A stretch of 64,000 nt of DNA. It comes from an uncultured Gemmatimonadales bacterium. Lineage in GTDB: Bacteria; Gemmatimonadota; Gemmatimonadetes; Gemmatimonadales; Gemmatimonadaceae. The DNA is taken from contig CAWBZV010000012.1 in the NCBI GenBank assembly GCA_963793305.1, forward strand, positions 128,001 through 192,000, given 5' to 3'. The notes beneath the pieces were generated by a model. That model saw nothing but the letters and a program-made list of their open reading frames with translations. It was not told where the DNA came from and did not search any database. This document shows, piece by piece, positions 50,526 through 60,918 of this stretch. Numbering within the stretch: the stretch's first letter is position 1; the number at the start of each line of letters is the position of its first letter. Both the position numbers and the translations under genes were made by a program.

Positions 50526-51287
50526 GTGCCGAGGAACATTTGCGCTGTGCTCGTTTTGATCACTGTTGCGGGTTGTAGTGGGAGTACTGGCCCCGCAGGC
50601 CCTGCAGGCCCGGCTCTCACCGGAGCGTGGACAGGCTTCGTATCCCTCCACGACGAGTACGGCGGGCCGCTGGCGAGCGACTCCGGGGTCACGGTGACAG
50701 CCTCGCCTGGCACCGCCTCCAGTGTCACGACGGCGGATGGCGCCTGGACCCTCTCGGGCCTCAAGACGGGCGTCTATACCGTGACGTTCGCGGGGTCGGG
50801 CATGGGCACGTTTATTCGTGATGCCGGGCAGTTCGTCGGCGGCGGTACCATTGAAATCGCGACCGTGAACTTCTCGCAACAGTCGACGGGTGTCATCATC
50901 AACCTGGCGCTCGCGTTCAATGCGGCGCAGGACACGTTGTACGCCACGGGAACGGTCAATCAGCCGGCCGTTACCGGCTATCCGCGATACATTCGCCTCT
51001 TCTATAGCGGCTCGGCCAGCGTCGGCCCGGCCGTCGCGAATTACACCGTGACCGGCCCGGTCGCCGGTACCGCGTACCGTGTGGTGCACACGAACTTCTC
51101 GATCGCGATTACCGGCGCCGACCTCGCCGGGTTGCAGCACGCGTTCGCGTCGGGCTCGACGGTCAACGCGGTCGCCTACGGAGACAGTTTTTACAACAAC
51201 TCGTACACCGATACGACGACCGGCAAAACGGTGTACCCGAACGTCGGCCCCACGGCTTCCAACGTAGTCCAGTTCGTGATGCCCTAG
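50526..51287 (+). CDS. Secreted lipoprotein with short Gly-Pro-Ala repeat and carboxypeptidase-regulatory-like domain
   Basis: AAGGAG SD, lipobox VAGC, GPAGPAGP, TTADGAWTLSGLKTGVYTVT. Confidence 0.65.
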   Translation: MPRNICAVLVLITVAGCSGSTGPAGPAGPALTGAWTGFVSLHDEYGGPLASDSGVTVTASPGTASSVTTADGAWTLSGLKTGVYTVTFAGSGMGTFIRDAGQFVGGGTIEIATVNFSQQSTGVIINLALAFNAAQDTLYATGTVNQPAVTGYPRYIRLFYSGSASVGPAVANYTVTGPVAGTAYRVVHTNFSIAITGADLAGLQHAFASGSTVNAVAYGDSFYNNSYTDTTTGKTVYPNVGPTASNVVQFVMP

Positions 51288-51299
51288 TACGTTTCGGAT

Positions 51300-51830
51300 G
51301 TGATACAAGAAGGCGCCTGGTTCGACCGAACATGGACGTTCGAGTTGCCAGTGACGGCGTTCCCTGCCGTGCTGGAGCGCCTGCGAGGGACGGCAGCGAG
51401 AATGGCGGAGCTGATCGCGGGGGCGACCGACGATCAGCTCCGCTGGCACGATCCCAACGCCTGGTCGACGAAACGCCACTTGGGGCATCTCGACGATCTG
51501 CATGCGCTCGATGAGCGTCGCCTGCGCGAATATCGAGCCGGCGCCGCAACCCTCTCGGCGGCTGATCGCGCGAATCGCCTCACCTACGAGACCGATCACG
51601 ATGCGATGGCAGCCCCGGCGATCATCGCGCGTTTTCGCGCGCATCGGGCCGGGTTGGTAGCCGAGATGGATGCGCTGTCGGAAGCACAGATCGCGGCGAC
51701 CGCGCTACACCCGCGGCTCCAACGCCAATTGCGTCTCATCGATTGGGCGTATTTCGTGGCCGAGCACGATGACCATCATTTGGCGGCGGCCAGGCAAGCT
51801 CTCACGAAATCGGTCTTGGCCACAGCGTAG
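51300..51830 (+). CDS. DinB/YfiT family protein
   Basis: WSTKRHLGHL, HPRL, AEHDDHHL. Confidence 0.85.
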   Translation: MIQEGAWFDRTWTFELPVTAFPAVLERLRGTAARMAELIAGATDDQLRWHDPNAWSTKRHLGHLDDLHALDERRLREYRAGAATLSAADRANRLTYETDHDAMAAPAIIARFRAHRAGLVAEMDALSEAQIAATALHPRLQRQLRLIDWAYFVAEHDDHHLAAARQALTKSVLATA

Positions 51831-52255
51831 GGTTCGACATCGTCGTACATCGCCGCGAGTCGCCGCTTGAGCGCGGCGTATTCGGCGGCCACCGAAGGGT
51901 TCGCTCGCAGATAATCGCGAAACCGTAGGTGCTCGATGAGCGGCGCCGCATCGGGTGCGCACACGTACAAGTGATGTCGCGGGTCGCCAGCGAGCGATTG
52001 CATCGCCTCGCGACCGGGTATCCCCTTGTCGCCCTCGTGACGATAGCCGAGCGTCTCGAGCGCATGGATCGCGGAGGGGACATCATGCGCCACCACGTCC
52101 ATGTCGATCACCGGCTTGGCGGCGAGGCCAGGGACTGACGTTGACCCGACGTGCTCGATCCCCCCGGCGAACGGCGCGACGAGCGGCCACGCGCGGTCGC
52201 GTAGAAGCGCGAACGTGCGTGGCCACGCCGGGTCGTAGTCGGTGACGACGATCAA
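51776..52255 (-). CDS. GrpB family protein (nucleotidyltransferase-like)
   Basis: YDPAWP, IEHVGSTSVPGLAAKPVIDMD, FRDYLR, Y..AK. Confidence 0.88.
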   Translation of the reverse strand: MIVVTDYDPAWPRTFALLRDRAWPLVAPFAGGIEHVGSTSVPGLAAKPVIDMDVVAHDVPSAIHALETLGYRHEGDKGIPGREAMQSLAGDPRHHLYVCAPDAAPLIEHLRFRDYLRANPSVAAEYAALKRRLAAMYDDVEPYAVAKTDFVRACLAAAK

Positions 52256-52467
52256 TCGCCTTTTTCGTACTTGAACGAGAGCCGCACTTTCGCGCGATAG
52301 CTCTCGATCTTCCCGTCCTTGAGATGAATGTCGAGCTCCGACACCTCGGCCACGCGGAGATCGCGCAGCGTCTCGCTTGCGCGTTCGATGGCGGCTTTCG
52401 CGGCCTTCTCCCATGATTCCGTCGACGTGCCGATCAGTTCGATGACCTTGTAGACGCTCTCCGGCAT
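52252..52467 (-). CDS. Dodecin family flavin-binding protein
   Basis: SVYKVIELIGTS.ESWEKAA...YRAKVRLSFKYE; GGAGG SD. Confidence 0.88.
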   Translation of the reverse strand: MPESVYKVIELIGTSTESWEKAAKAAIERASETLRDLRVAEVSELDIHLKDGKIESYRAKVRLSFKYEKGD

Positions 52468-52484
52468 ACGTGCTCCTCCTCTGG

Positions 52485-53102
52485 TTATAAGTCCCAAGAC
52501 GCGACAGCCTGCGCGAGCTCGCGCATTACTTCGTTATCGGTCCGACCCGAGCGCTTGAGCACGTGGAATCCGTGGTCGGCGCCGTCGATCACATGGAGTG
52601 TCGCCCGGGAACCGAGCGACTCGCCAATCGGCCGCAGCAGCTCCAGCGGAGCGAACTCGTCGCGCGTGCCCTGGAGAAACAGCATTGGCACACTGACTTT
52701 CGCTAGATGGTCGGCACGTGAAGTGCCAGGGCGGTTCGGGGGGTGTAACGGGAACCCGAAAAACACGATCCCTTTTATTCCTAAGAGGACGCCTTCCGCG
52801 GCGGCCTGCGACGTCATCCGTCCGCCAAAGGACTTCCCGCCGGCCAACAATGGCAGCTCCGGCGCGGCCTGCCGCGCGACCTCAGCAGCCGCGGCCACGC
52901 GCTCGTGCAGCACGGGCGGTGCATCCTGCCGGCTTTTGCGCTGCTCCATGTACGGGAATTCGTAGCGCAGTGTCGCGACACCGACACTCGCCAGCTCAGC
53001 GGCGAGCTTCTCCATAAAGGGATGTCGCATCCCCGCCCCCGCGCCGTGCGCGAGCGTCAACATCCGGTGCGCGTTCGGCGGCCGCACGAGGAGCGTCTCC
53101 AT
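52485..53102 (-). CDS. Alpha/beta hydrolase (KANL3/dienelactone hydrolase-like)
   Basis: AHGAGAGM, GGKSFGGR, QGTRD, ADHGF. Confidence 0.85.
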   Translation of the reverse strand: METLLVRPPNAHRMLTLAHGAGAGMRHPFMEKLAAELASVGVATLRYEFPYMEQRKSRQDAPPVLHERVAAAAEVARQAAPELPLLAGGKSFGGRMTSQAAAEGVLLGIKGIVFFGFPLHPPNRPGTSRADHLAKVSVPMLFLQGTRDEFAPLELLRPIGESLGSRATLHVIDGADHGFHVLKRSGRTDNEVMRELAQAVASWDL

Positions 53103-53119
53103 GGCAGGAGACTAGTACG

Positions 53120-55441
53120 CTAGTTCCCCGCGTGAAACAAGTACGTCGCCTTGACGAAGAATCCGTCCGCCGTGCGGTGGAGCCCCGTGAAGTTGAACGA
53201 ATATGGTTCGGTATACCCACTGCCGTACCCGACGAAGAACACCGTGCCCGGCGTTGGCTGGTAGGAGAAGAGCCAACTTCCGCTGACCACGTTCGAGGTC
53301 GACTTGAGCTGCGGCTCATAGACACCGGCCGAATTCTTGATCAACAGCGGATCGTTCGTCCGGCCATCATCTCGCAAAGCGTCTACCCACGATGCCTCAT
53401 ACTGACCGATAAATCGTACAAAAATGGGCCGTGAGATCTGATACGCCGCCTCGATGTACGGCACGCGCTGTACGGCGACTTGCGTGTTGTCAGATCGCCG
53501 GACGAACTGCAGTTGCGAGTAGATGAGCGAAATGCGGCCCTGGGCGGTCGGCCGCCAGTCTATCGTTGAGTTGACCACGAAGATCCAGGCGGACGACCAT
53601 TCGTAGAAATTGTCGTCGTATCCCGTGACGGTCAGGACGGATGCATCGAAATGGGACCATCGGGGTGTCGTAAATCCCGTGACGATGTCGAGGTTTGGGA
53701 TGTGCGGGGTCCCGACGAATGGCACCGTGTCGATGCCGATTGGGGTCCGTTTGGCCACGTAGTAATTCGCGTAGAGCGCGGGATCGTATCCGAAATCCTC
53801 GACGAATGCGTTGGCCTGGAATGTCCAACCACCGTGCAACGTGACGCTGTTGCTGAAGTGCCACTTGATGTCTTCGGCCCGGTGCCCGCGCAGGAATTGC
53901 GGATACTCCCACACTTGAATCGGCGAAAAGTCGAACGTGTAGCTCTGGACGAGCGCCTTCGGCTTCCCATAGAACGTGAGCGCATTGTCGAGCGTGCTCG
54001 ACACGATCCCCGTGCGGGCAATAAACCCGCTCTCATCGACGAAGCTCGAGTCGATGCCCGACAGCTCGTAGCGGAGCGACCAGTGCCGGCCGTTGCGCTC
54101 GAAGAGCCCGTCCCAGAGCGGCGCGACGGCGTGAATGCTGTCGGACCGCGTGCTGCTCACGACGCCCTGGAGTCGGATATCGTAGATTTTGCCGAACACG
54201 ATACGCGTGTCGGCGCCCACCACGTGATTGTACCACGGGCCGTCCTCGCGGTCGGTCGCGATGAGGCCCACCGTCGAGCCACCGCCCAGATTGTGCTTGA
54301 CGCGCAAGATGTCGAATACGGGATTGTCCTTGCCGTTCGCCGACTCGTTCCCGGCATCGACCGACGACAGGAATCCAATGCTCGAGCCGGCGACCTCGCC
54401 GGTGAGCTTGACCGCCTCATCCGGCTGAATGATCGAGCGCGTGTACACAAGCGTGTTCGGCGTATCGAACTGTTCCAGACCGTCAAAGAAGAATGGCCGC
54501 TTCTCGGGGTACGACAGCGCCACGCGCGGATCGAACTGCAACTGCGGCACGTCAGATTCGATCTGCGAAAAATCGGGCTTGATCGTCCCGTTGAGCGTCA
54601 GGTTGTCCGTCACACCCCAACGCACGTTGCCGCCGGGCGACAAGGGCTCAACGCTATACTTCCAACCCGTCGGTGTCGGGTTGCCGTTGATGTGCGAGGT
54701 CAGCTCGGGGTTGAGATCGAGCACGAGCCCCCGGGTGATGCCCGTGAGGCCCTCCAGCGTGCCGAACTGCCCGATAAGGGACGTATTCGCGAGCCGGGCC
54801 GGCGCCCAGGTGTCTTGATCGCCAGAGTGCTGCACCTGCCGCACGATATTGATGCCCCAGCGCTGCTGGCTGCCCGAGCTGAAGCTGACGCTCGCGAATG
54901 GAATGCGCACCGTGACTTCGTATCCGAATGGCGTGACGTGCCCCTTCGACTGATACGTGTAATCGGTGCTCAGATTGACCGTATCGCGATTCGTTACGGC
55001 GGCGGCGCCGGTCGAGGCCAGGCTGTGAATGCCCTCGCTCAGGATGCCGTCGGCCTGAATGCCAAGCGGATTGACCCCGAATACGTACGCGCGGTGGTGA
55101 TCGTGCGACGTGTCCAGAAAGATCTGGACATAGTCATCGGCCGTGATCTTGTCACGATCGGCCAGCGTCGCGTGCACCGCGCCATGGGCCTCGTACGCGC
55201 GAATGCCGAAGTACAACGCATCGCGCGTGTACATGACGAGGACCACGGTCGAATCCGCCGCGGGAACCCCGTCAACTGGGAGATATTGCGAGAAGCCACG
55301 AAGGCGCGCCGCGCGATCCCACGGCGGTGCGTCGAGAGACGCCTCGAGTGGAACCGCAACCTCGACTCGTGGCGCGTGCACGGCCAGCTGGCCCGCGCGG
55401 CCATCGTAGATCTGCAGGAGAAATAAAAGTGGCGCGATCAT
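53120..55441 (-). CDS. CBM9-like/DUF5916-type outer-membrane protein
   Basis: YVFGVNPLGIQAD, PDFSQIESD, EKRPFF, YTRSI; beta-barrel C-terminus FFVKATYLF. Confidence 0.75.
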   Translation of the reverse strand: MIAPLLFLLQIYDGRAGQLAVHAPRVEVAVPLEASLDAPPWDRAARLRGFSQYLPVDGVPAADSTVVLVMYTRDALYFGIRAYEAHGAVHATLADRDKITADDYVQIFLDTSHDHHRAYVFGVNPLGIQADGILSEGIHSLASTGAAAVTNRDTVNLSTDYTYQSKGHVTPFGYEVTVRIPFASVSFSSGSQQRWGINIVRQVQHSGDQDTWAPARLANTSLIGQFGTLEGLTGITRGLVLDLNPELTSHINGNPTPTGWKYSVEPLSPGGNVRWGVTDNLTLNGTIKPDFSQIESDVPQLQFDPRVALSYPEKRPFFFDGLEQFDTPNTLVYTRSIIQPDEAVKLTGEVAGSSIGFLSSVDAGNESANGKDNPVFDILRVKHNLGGGSTVGLIATDREDGPWYNHVVGADTRIVFGKIYDIRLQGVVSSTRSDSIHAVAPLWDGLFERNGRHWSLRYELSGIDSSFVDESGFIARTGIVSSTLDNALTFYGKPKALVQSYTFDFSPIQVWEYPQFLRGHRAEDIKWHFSNSVTLHGGWTFQANAFVEDFGYDPALYANYYVAKRTPIGIDTVPFVGTPHIPNLDIVTGFTTPRWSHFDASVLTVTGYDDNFYEWSSAWIFVVNSTIDWRPTAQGRISLIYSQLQFVRRSDNTQVAVQRVPYIEAAYQISRPIFVRFIGQYEASWVDALRDDGRTNDPLLIKNSAGVYEPQLKSTSNVVSGSWLFSYQPTPGTVFFVGYGSGYTEPYSFNFTGLHRTADGFFVKATYLFHAGN

Positions 55442-55508
55442 GCTCGGGGAACGGATACCGGGCTGATCGATGTCCTACAAGCGCCACTTTGTGGCCAAAT
55501 CTAGCTGT

Positions 55509-55958
55509 TTAGGAACACCACCACTTGGCCGCTTCTGCCGCATAGCCGACGCGCGGCAACACCTGCGCGGCCACAAGAGCGATCCCCCAGAGGACCATCA
55601 CCATCGCCACGCCATGCCCACGCACCATGCGATGCTGCCAGGTCCACGCCACTGTCCACAGGCCGCCGACGACGATGAGCACCTCGGCGAACATGTAGGT
55701 AAACAGGCCGAACCCACAGGCATGTCCATACGGCCAGAAGTTGATGGCCATCGCCAGCGCGAACACGAGCACAAATCGGCCGCCCGTGCCGACGATCATC
55801 GCCGTGCGTTCTTGCCGTTCCAGCGTCCGCTCGAGCGTGCGGCGCTCGCTCGCGCGCCGAGCCTTGAGCTGGGCGGGGGACGGGACAGGGGGGAGGGGAG
55901 GAAGGCCGTCAAAGGCCCGTTCGATCCTTCTCAGCTCACTCGTCCAATTGATCGCCAT
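55509..55958 (-). CDS. Hypothetical membrane protein (3 TM)
   Basis: GAGG SD; Pro-rich N-terminus, hydrophobic segments, C-terminal LPRVGYA...WWC. Confidence 0.6.
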   Translation of the reverse strand: MAINWTSELRRIERAFDGLPPLPPVPSPAQLKARRASERRTLERTLERQERTAMIVGTGGRFVLVFALAMAINFWPYGHACGFGLFTYMFAEVLIVVGGLWTVAWTWQHRMVRGHGVAMVMVLWGIALVAAQVLPRVGYAAEAAKWWCS

Positions 55959-56016
55959 TTACCTCTCCATGCGCATGCAAATACTGACGATCGGAGCGCG
56001 GGCGAGGTCGCGCGAT

Positions 56017-57985
56017 CTAGTGCTGATCGGACATCATGACTGCGACGCCATAGCGCTCCAAATGGACGCCGTTCGTCTGACGCTTTTCGAACACCGACCA
56101 CATTGACCGAGGCAAAGTGACCTCACGCGGGTGCGATGCGAAATTGATCAGCACGAAAACCTGCTTGCCATCTGCTCCCACGCGCCTCGTGACCTCAACG
56201 CTGTCTGGCACGGGGCCGAAGACCGGCTGAACGTGACTCACGCGCGCCATCCACTTGGCCGCGGTGTCAAGAGTGCTCGCATCGAGCACCGTTCCTATAT
56301 ACGTAATGCGGCCGTTACCATATTTGTGAGTCACCATCGCTGGCTGCCCATCGAGCCATCCGTTCGCGCGGCCATATCGCAACAGCGCCTGGCCCCCGGA
56401 CAAGTACTCGGCCCATACGCTCGCCTTTCCAGAGGGCCGCAAGGGAATCTCGTGCTCGAGGGCATAGTACTGCTCGACCCTCGCGCCCAGGGCTTCGCCG
56501 AGCAATCCGGGTTGCCGCTCCGGTCGCAACGCATTGTACTCATCCTTGAGCCCCGACCTAGGGCCCAGCACGAGATGGCCGCCGCCGCGCACATAGTCCA
56601 TCAGATGCCGCGCGAGCTTGTCCGGGATCACGTTGAGGCTTGGCGCCATGACGAGCTTGTACTCGTCGAGCGGCGCGTACGGGCTCACGACATCCACCGA
56701 CTGCGCCATGTGCCCGAGCACCCGATAATAGTCACGCGCGACCAGGAGCGTGTTCCACTTCTCCGTGTGCTTCTGCCACTCGATCGCCCAGCGACTCTCG
56801 TAATCGTTGAGCATCGCCACAGGCGACACCACGCGCGTGTCACGAAACGCGTCCGACGCATCGGCAAATTCTTTCGCGGTCCGCGCAACCTCGGCCAGCA
56901 ACGGCACGGGCTCCCCATCCGGCCCGACGAGCGTTCCGTGAATCTCTTCCTGGCCATTGAGCGCGCTGCGCCACTGCCAGTACGAGACTTCGTCCGCGCC
57001 GTGTCCGACGGCATGCCAGGCCATCGCGCGGACTTCACCCTTGTCCAGTGAGTTATTGAGGTTCGACCAGTTGACGCTTCCTGGCTGTGTTTCGATCTCC
57101 CAGAAGTTCTGACGCAAGAGGCCACGCATGGCATCGTGACTCAGGCCATTGGTGATGGGATCCGAGATGACCCGAGCCGACATAATCATCCCATGCGACG
57201 AGCGTCAGCGGCTTGCTCACCACATAGTGATCGAACGCATCGAACCCCAGCCCCATGAAATTCCCCGTAACGAACTGCCGCGGATCCGCATGCGCGCGAA
57301 TCACGTCAACCTGATTGGTCTCATAGTCCCGCCAGGTCGTCGTGACGAACCGCTTCCAGTCGAGCATGAGCCCGGGGTTGTGCTCGCCGATGGGTATGGG
57401 GATCTCGTCCCATCGATCGTACGTCTGGCTCCAGTACGCGGTAGCCCAATGAGTATTCAACGAGTCGATGCTACTGTACTTGCTGTGTAACCAGTCTTGA
57501 AATAATCGTCGTGTCAGGCTGTCGTACGACATGAGCCCATAGCCGAACTCATTGTCGATCTGCCACCCGACGACATCGGGATCATGCCCAAATCGCTCGG
57601 CCATCACTTCGGCGATTCGCCGACACAACTCCCGATATTTCGGCGAGCTCGACGACCCGTGCGCGCGATTCCCGTGCGTCGCGCGGATGCCGCTTTCGTC
57701 GACGCGCAGCACCTCGGGATACTTCGCCGTCAACCACGCCGGCGGCGCGGCCGAGGGCGTGCCGAGCACGACGGCGATATGGTGCTTCTCCAAGACCCGA
57801 ATCGCGCGGTCCAGCCAATCGAGCTCGAACTTCCCCTCGGTCGGCTCGATGGCGCTCCACGCGAACTCGCCGATCCGCGTCACGTTCAGGTGCGCGTTTT
57901 CCATCATCCGCGCGTCGGTCTCCCAGCGCACCTCCGGCCATTGCTCCGGGTACCAGTCGGCACCCATCAGCAACGCCGGCTGCAT
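56017..57985 (-). CDS. GH42 beta-galactosidase (1-bp insertion near 57164)
   Basis: GADWYPEQW, GEFAWS.IEP, WQIDNE (acid/base), ETQPGSVNW, YWQWR. Removing one G in CTCGGATCCC joins the frames. Confidence 0.9.
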
Positions 57986-58632
57986 CAAGAGCATACGACA
58001 CGATGGCGGTCGATCCATGCCGCCCATGGAATGAACAGCCAGAGGACGAGCGCGCTCCAGGCCAACATCGAGACGCTCGGGGGCGGCCCGGAGCCGCCCA
58101 TCGCATACAACGCCACTTGGACCGCGACGAGCGACCAGAGTCCCCACCGGCCAATGGCATCCTTCGACTTCGTCGTCCGGAGGTACACGATCAGTCCGCC
58201 ACCGTAGACGATCGCCTCGAGCGCCCACGTGAGCGGCACGGAGTTCCATGCGCCGAGGCCGACGCGCGGACCGCCCGGGTAGAGCGGTAAATCGGGCCGG
58301 TGCACGAGAACATCGAGCACCCAATGGCTCAGCACTAACGCGCCGACGACCCATGCCCCGCGCGGCCGGCGCCGCAGCAAGAAGTAGGCGACACCAATGA
58401 TCACGCTCCAACCGACCGCGGCCAGAAGGCTATGCGAGATCGGATAGCTGACGAAGTCGAGGTCAGACGCCGCCATCAATCCCGGTGTGATCTTGACGTG
58501 CTCGACGCCGAGCAGAAGGAGAATGGGCCAGAGCTCATCGAGCCACTGGGCCGCGAAGGTGAGCGTGCCGAGGGAGGTCTCGGGGCTCGCGCGTTTGGCG
58601 GCGAACGCCAGGCCGTAGTGTCCGAGAAACAC
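57985..58632 (-). CDS. Membrane-bound metal-dependent hydrolase-like protein
   Basis: MFLGHY, YPISHSL, SHWVLDVLVHRPDLP, GLGAWN. Confidence 0.75.
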   Translation of the reverse strand: MFLGHYGLAFAAKRASPETSLGTLTFAAQWLDELWPILLLLGVEHVKITPGLMAASDLDFVSYPISHSLLAAVGWSVIIGVAYFLLRRRPRGAWVVGALVLSHWVLDVLVHRPDLPLYPGGPRVGLGAWNSVPLTWALEAIVYGGGLIVYLRTTKSKDAIGRWGLWSLVAVQVALYAMGGSGPPPSVSMLAWSALVLWLFIPWAAWIDRHRVVCS

Positions 58633-58652
58633 GCCGGACAATATACTCCCGC

Positions 58653-59336
58653 ATGCCCGACGAACGCCCAGCATTTCTCTTCGATCTCGATGGCACGCTG
58701 GTCGATAGCGTGTACCAACACGTGCTCGCTTGGCAGGAAGCACTCGCCGCTGGCGGCATTGAGCTCGATATCTGGCGTGTGCATCGCCGCATTGGCATGA
58801 GCGGAGGCCTGCTCACGAACGAGCTGCTGCGCGAAGTAGGCCGCGCGACGGTATCGGCCGACGAGGTCGCGCGACTGCAAAGAGTCCACGCCGAGGCGTT
58901 CGCCCGCCTGTCCCCGCACATTCGTCCGCTCAACGGCGCCCGAGAGCTCCTCGCGCACCTGACGTTGGTCGGAGCGCCCTGGGCGATCGCCACCAGCGGC
59001 CGTGGTGAGGCCGCGCGGCGGACTGTCGCAAGCCTCGGAGTGGCCGACCATGCGCCGCTGATCACACGCGACGACGTGCGCCATGCCAAACCAGACCCTG
59101 ACCTGTTCCTGGCGGCAGCCGAACGCTTGGACGTACCCATTACGTCCTGCATCGTCGTCGGCGACAGCGTCTGGGATCTGCTCGCCGCGCGTCGGGCACG
59201 GGCGCTGGGCGTGGGCGTGCTGTCCGGCGGCTACGGTCGCGATGAGCTGGAGCGCGCCGGCGCGTATCGCGTCTACCAGGATCCGGCCGACCTTCTGTCA
59301 CATTTGGACGAGGTCGGGCTCCGGACGATAGATTGA
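58653..59336 (+). CDS. HAD family hydrolase
   Basis: FDLDGTLVDS, ATSG, KPDPD, VGDSVWD. Confidence 0.9.
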   Translation: MPDERPAFLFDLDGTLVDSVYQHVLAWQEALAAGGIELDIWRVHRRIGMSGGLLTNELLREVGRATVSADEVARLQRVHAEAFARLSPHIRPLNGARELLAHLTLVGAPWAIATSGRGEAARRTVASLGVADHAPLITRDDVRHAKPDPDLFLAAAERLDVPITSCIVVGDSVWDLLAARRARALGVGVLSGGYGRDELERAGAYRVYQDPADLLSHLDEVGLRTID

Positions 59337-60208
59337 CGCGCATGATCCGACGCTTCCTGTGCGCCTTGATACTGGCCCAACCGCTTGCCGCGCAGCCCGA
59401 GCTCGTCACCGCGCGCGGTCTCGTGCACGCGGTCCCGGGCGAGCTTCCGACGTTGATCGGGTATCTCATCATCGTCGACGACTCGAATCCGCTCTCCGAC
59501 GCCGTCGAGAACGCGCCGAAGACGATCGTCAAATCACCGGACCCGGTGTTTCAGGTAAGGTACCCCCACAGTTGGATCATGGTCGACGCCGCCATGGATC
59601 GCGAGATGGCGACCGCACCCGGGAACACCGGCGTGTTCCTCGATAACGCGTACACCCGGGCCATCGCGGCTTTGCGTGGCGCCGGGCTCATTGTCATCAC
59701 GCACGAGCATTACGACCACATTGGCACGGTCGCCCACTCGGCCGTTGCCGCCGAGCTCGCGCCGAAGACGATTGTCACGCGCCAGCAACTCGAGACACTG
59801 CTCAACCGGCACCAACTGACTGGCACGCCATTCGACACGGCACTCGCGCATCGCTACATCGTCATCGACTACGACCGCGAGCTCCCGATCGCGCCTGGGG
59901 TCGTGCTGATCAAAGCGCCCGGGCACACGCCGGGGGCCCAAGTCGTCTACGTCAAGCTCGCATCAGGTCGCGAAGTGATTCTCTCGGGCGACGTCGCATG
60001 GCACCGCCTCGGAATTGAGACCGGCAAGGAAAAGCCGGACTCGGCGAGCAAGCAGATGTCCGAGGACCGCGCGGCCATCGCCGGCGAGCTGGCCTGGCTG
60101 CATCAGGCCGAGCAGGCCGGCGTAAGCGTCGTCGTCAGTCACGATGGCGAGCAACTCAAGACGTTCGCCCGCCAGGGGATCCTGACCGAAGGACTAACCG
60201 CTCGATAG
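59333..60208 (+). CDS. Secreted MBL-fold metallo-hydrolase
   Basis: Signal peptide, THEHYDHIG, APGHTPG, GDVAW, SHD. Confidence 0.8.
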   Translation: MTRMIRRFLCALILAQPLAAQPELVTARGLVHAVPGELPTLIGYLIIVDDSNPLSDAVENAPKTIVKSPDPVFQVRYPHSWIMVDAAMDREMATAPGNTGVFLDNAYTRAIAALRGAGLIVITHEHYDHIGTVAHSAVAAELAPKTIVTRQQLETLLNRHQLTGTPFDTALAHRYIVIDYDRELPIAPGVVLIKAPGHTPGAQVVYVKLASGREVILSGDVAWHRLGIETGKEKPDSASKQMSEDRAAIAGELAWLHQAEQAGVSVVVSHDGEQLKTFARQGILTEGLTAR

Positions 60209-60559
60209 GACGAACTGGTTGCCGTCGGGGTCTTTGAAGACGGCCGAGGTCCCCCAGTTCTCCTTCTTCGGCTCTTTGGCGAAGTCGACGCCCTGCTCGC
60301 GCATCGCTTTCGCGGTCGCGAAGACGTTGTTGCACCAGAACGAGATGGGCTGGAACCCGCCGATGCGATCCTCGAACCCGTCTGGTGTGAACAACACGAG
60401 ACGGGTCTCGGCGCCCGGGATCATGAGCTCGATCCACCGTTGCGTGGCGCTAAAGGGCTGATCGGTCGCGACTTTGAAGCCCAGCTTCTCCGTGAAGAAG
60501 CGCAAGGAAACATCCTGGTCGCGCACAGGGATGCTGACGAATTTGATGCCTCGAATCAT
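60194..60559 (-). CDS. VOC/glyoxalase family protein
   Basis: SIPVRDQD..LRFFTEKLGF, WG..AVFKDPDGN. Confidence 0.88.
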   Translation of the reverse strand: MIRGIKFVSIPVRDQDVSLRFFTEKLGFKVATDQPFSATQRWIELMIPGAETRLVLFTPDGFEDRIGGFQPISFWCNNVFATAKAMREQGVDFAKEPKKENWGTSAVFKDPDGNQFVLSSG

Positions 60560-60630
60560 GCGGCCAGCATAGCAAGCGCCCGGAACAGGCGCAATCAGCC
60601 AGCCGACGCTATACTATTGGCTGATATAGC

Positions 60631-60918
60631 ATGCCCTCAGTCGACGACTACGTAATCGACGTGTTGATGCGCGACCTCGTCGGCCATGATCGACGGCCGG
60701 TGAGTTTTCTCGTCTATTTGTGGCTCATGGCCGAGCAGCGCCGCCGCCGCGTTCCGGTGCAAGTCAGCTATCAAGAGCTGGCCGAATCGATCGGCGTCTC
60801 GAAGAGCGCAGCGCAAGCGGGCGTGGGGTGGCTCATTCGGCGCAAGTTGCTCGCGGCGACGAAAGACACCACGACGTTTACGCCGCGCTACAACGTACTG
60901 ACACCGTGGAGGCAGTGA
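60631..60918 (+). CDS. Small winged helix-turn-helix protein
   Basis: SYQELAESIGVSKSAAQAGVGWL HTH. Confidence 0.7.
   Translation: MPSVDDYVIDVLMRDLVGHDRRPVSFLVYLWLMAEQRRRRVPVQVSYQELAESIGVSKSAAQAGVGWLIRRKLLAATKDTTTFTPRYNVLTPWRQ

Noticed and set aside
50586..50615. Collagen-like GPAGPAGP repeat
   Set aside because: Only about three triplets, best read as a lipoprotein linker.
55870..55905. G-rich tract resembling a G-quadruplex or simple repeat
   Set aside because: Explained by Pro codons (LPPLPPVPSPA) of the minus-strand gene.
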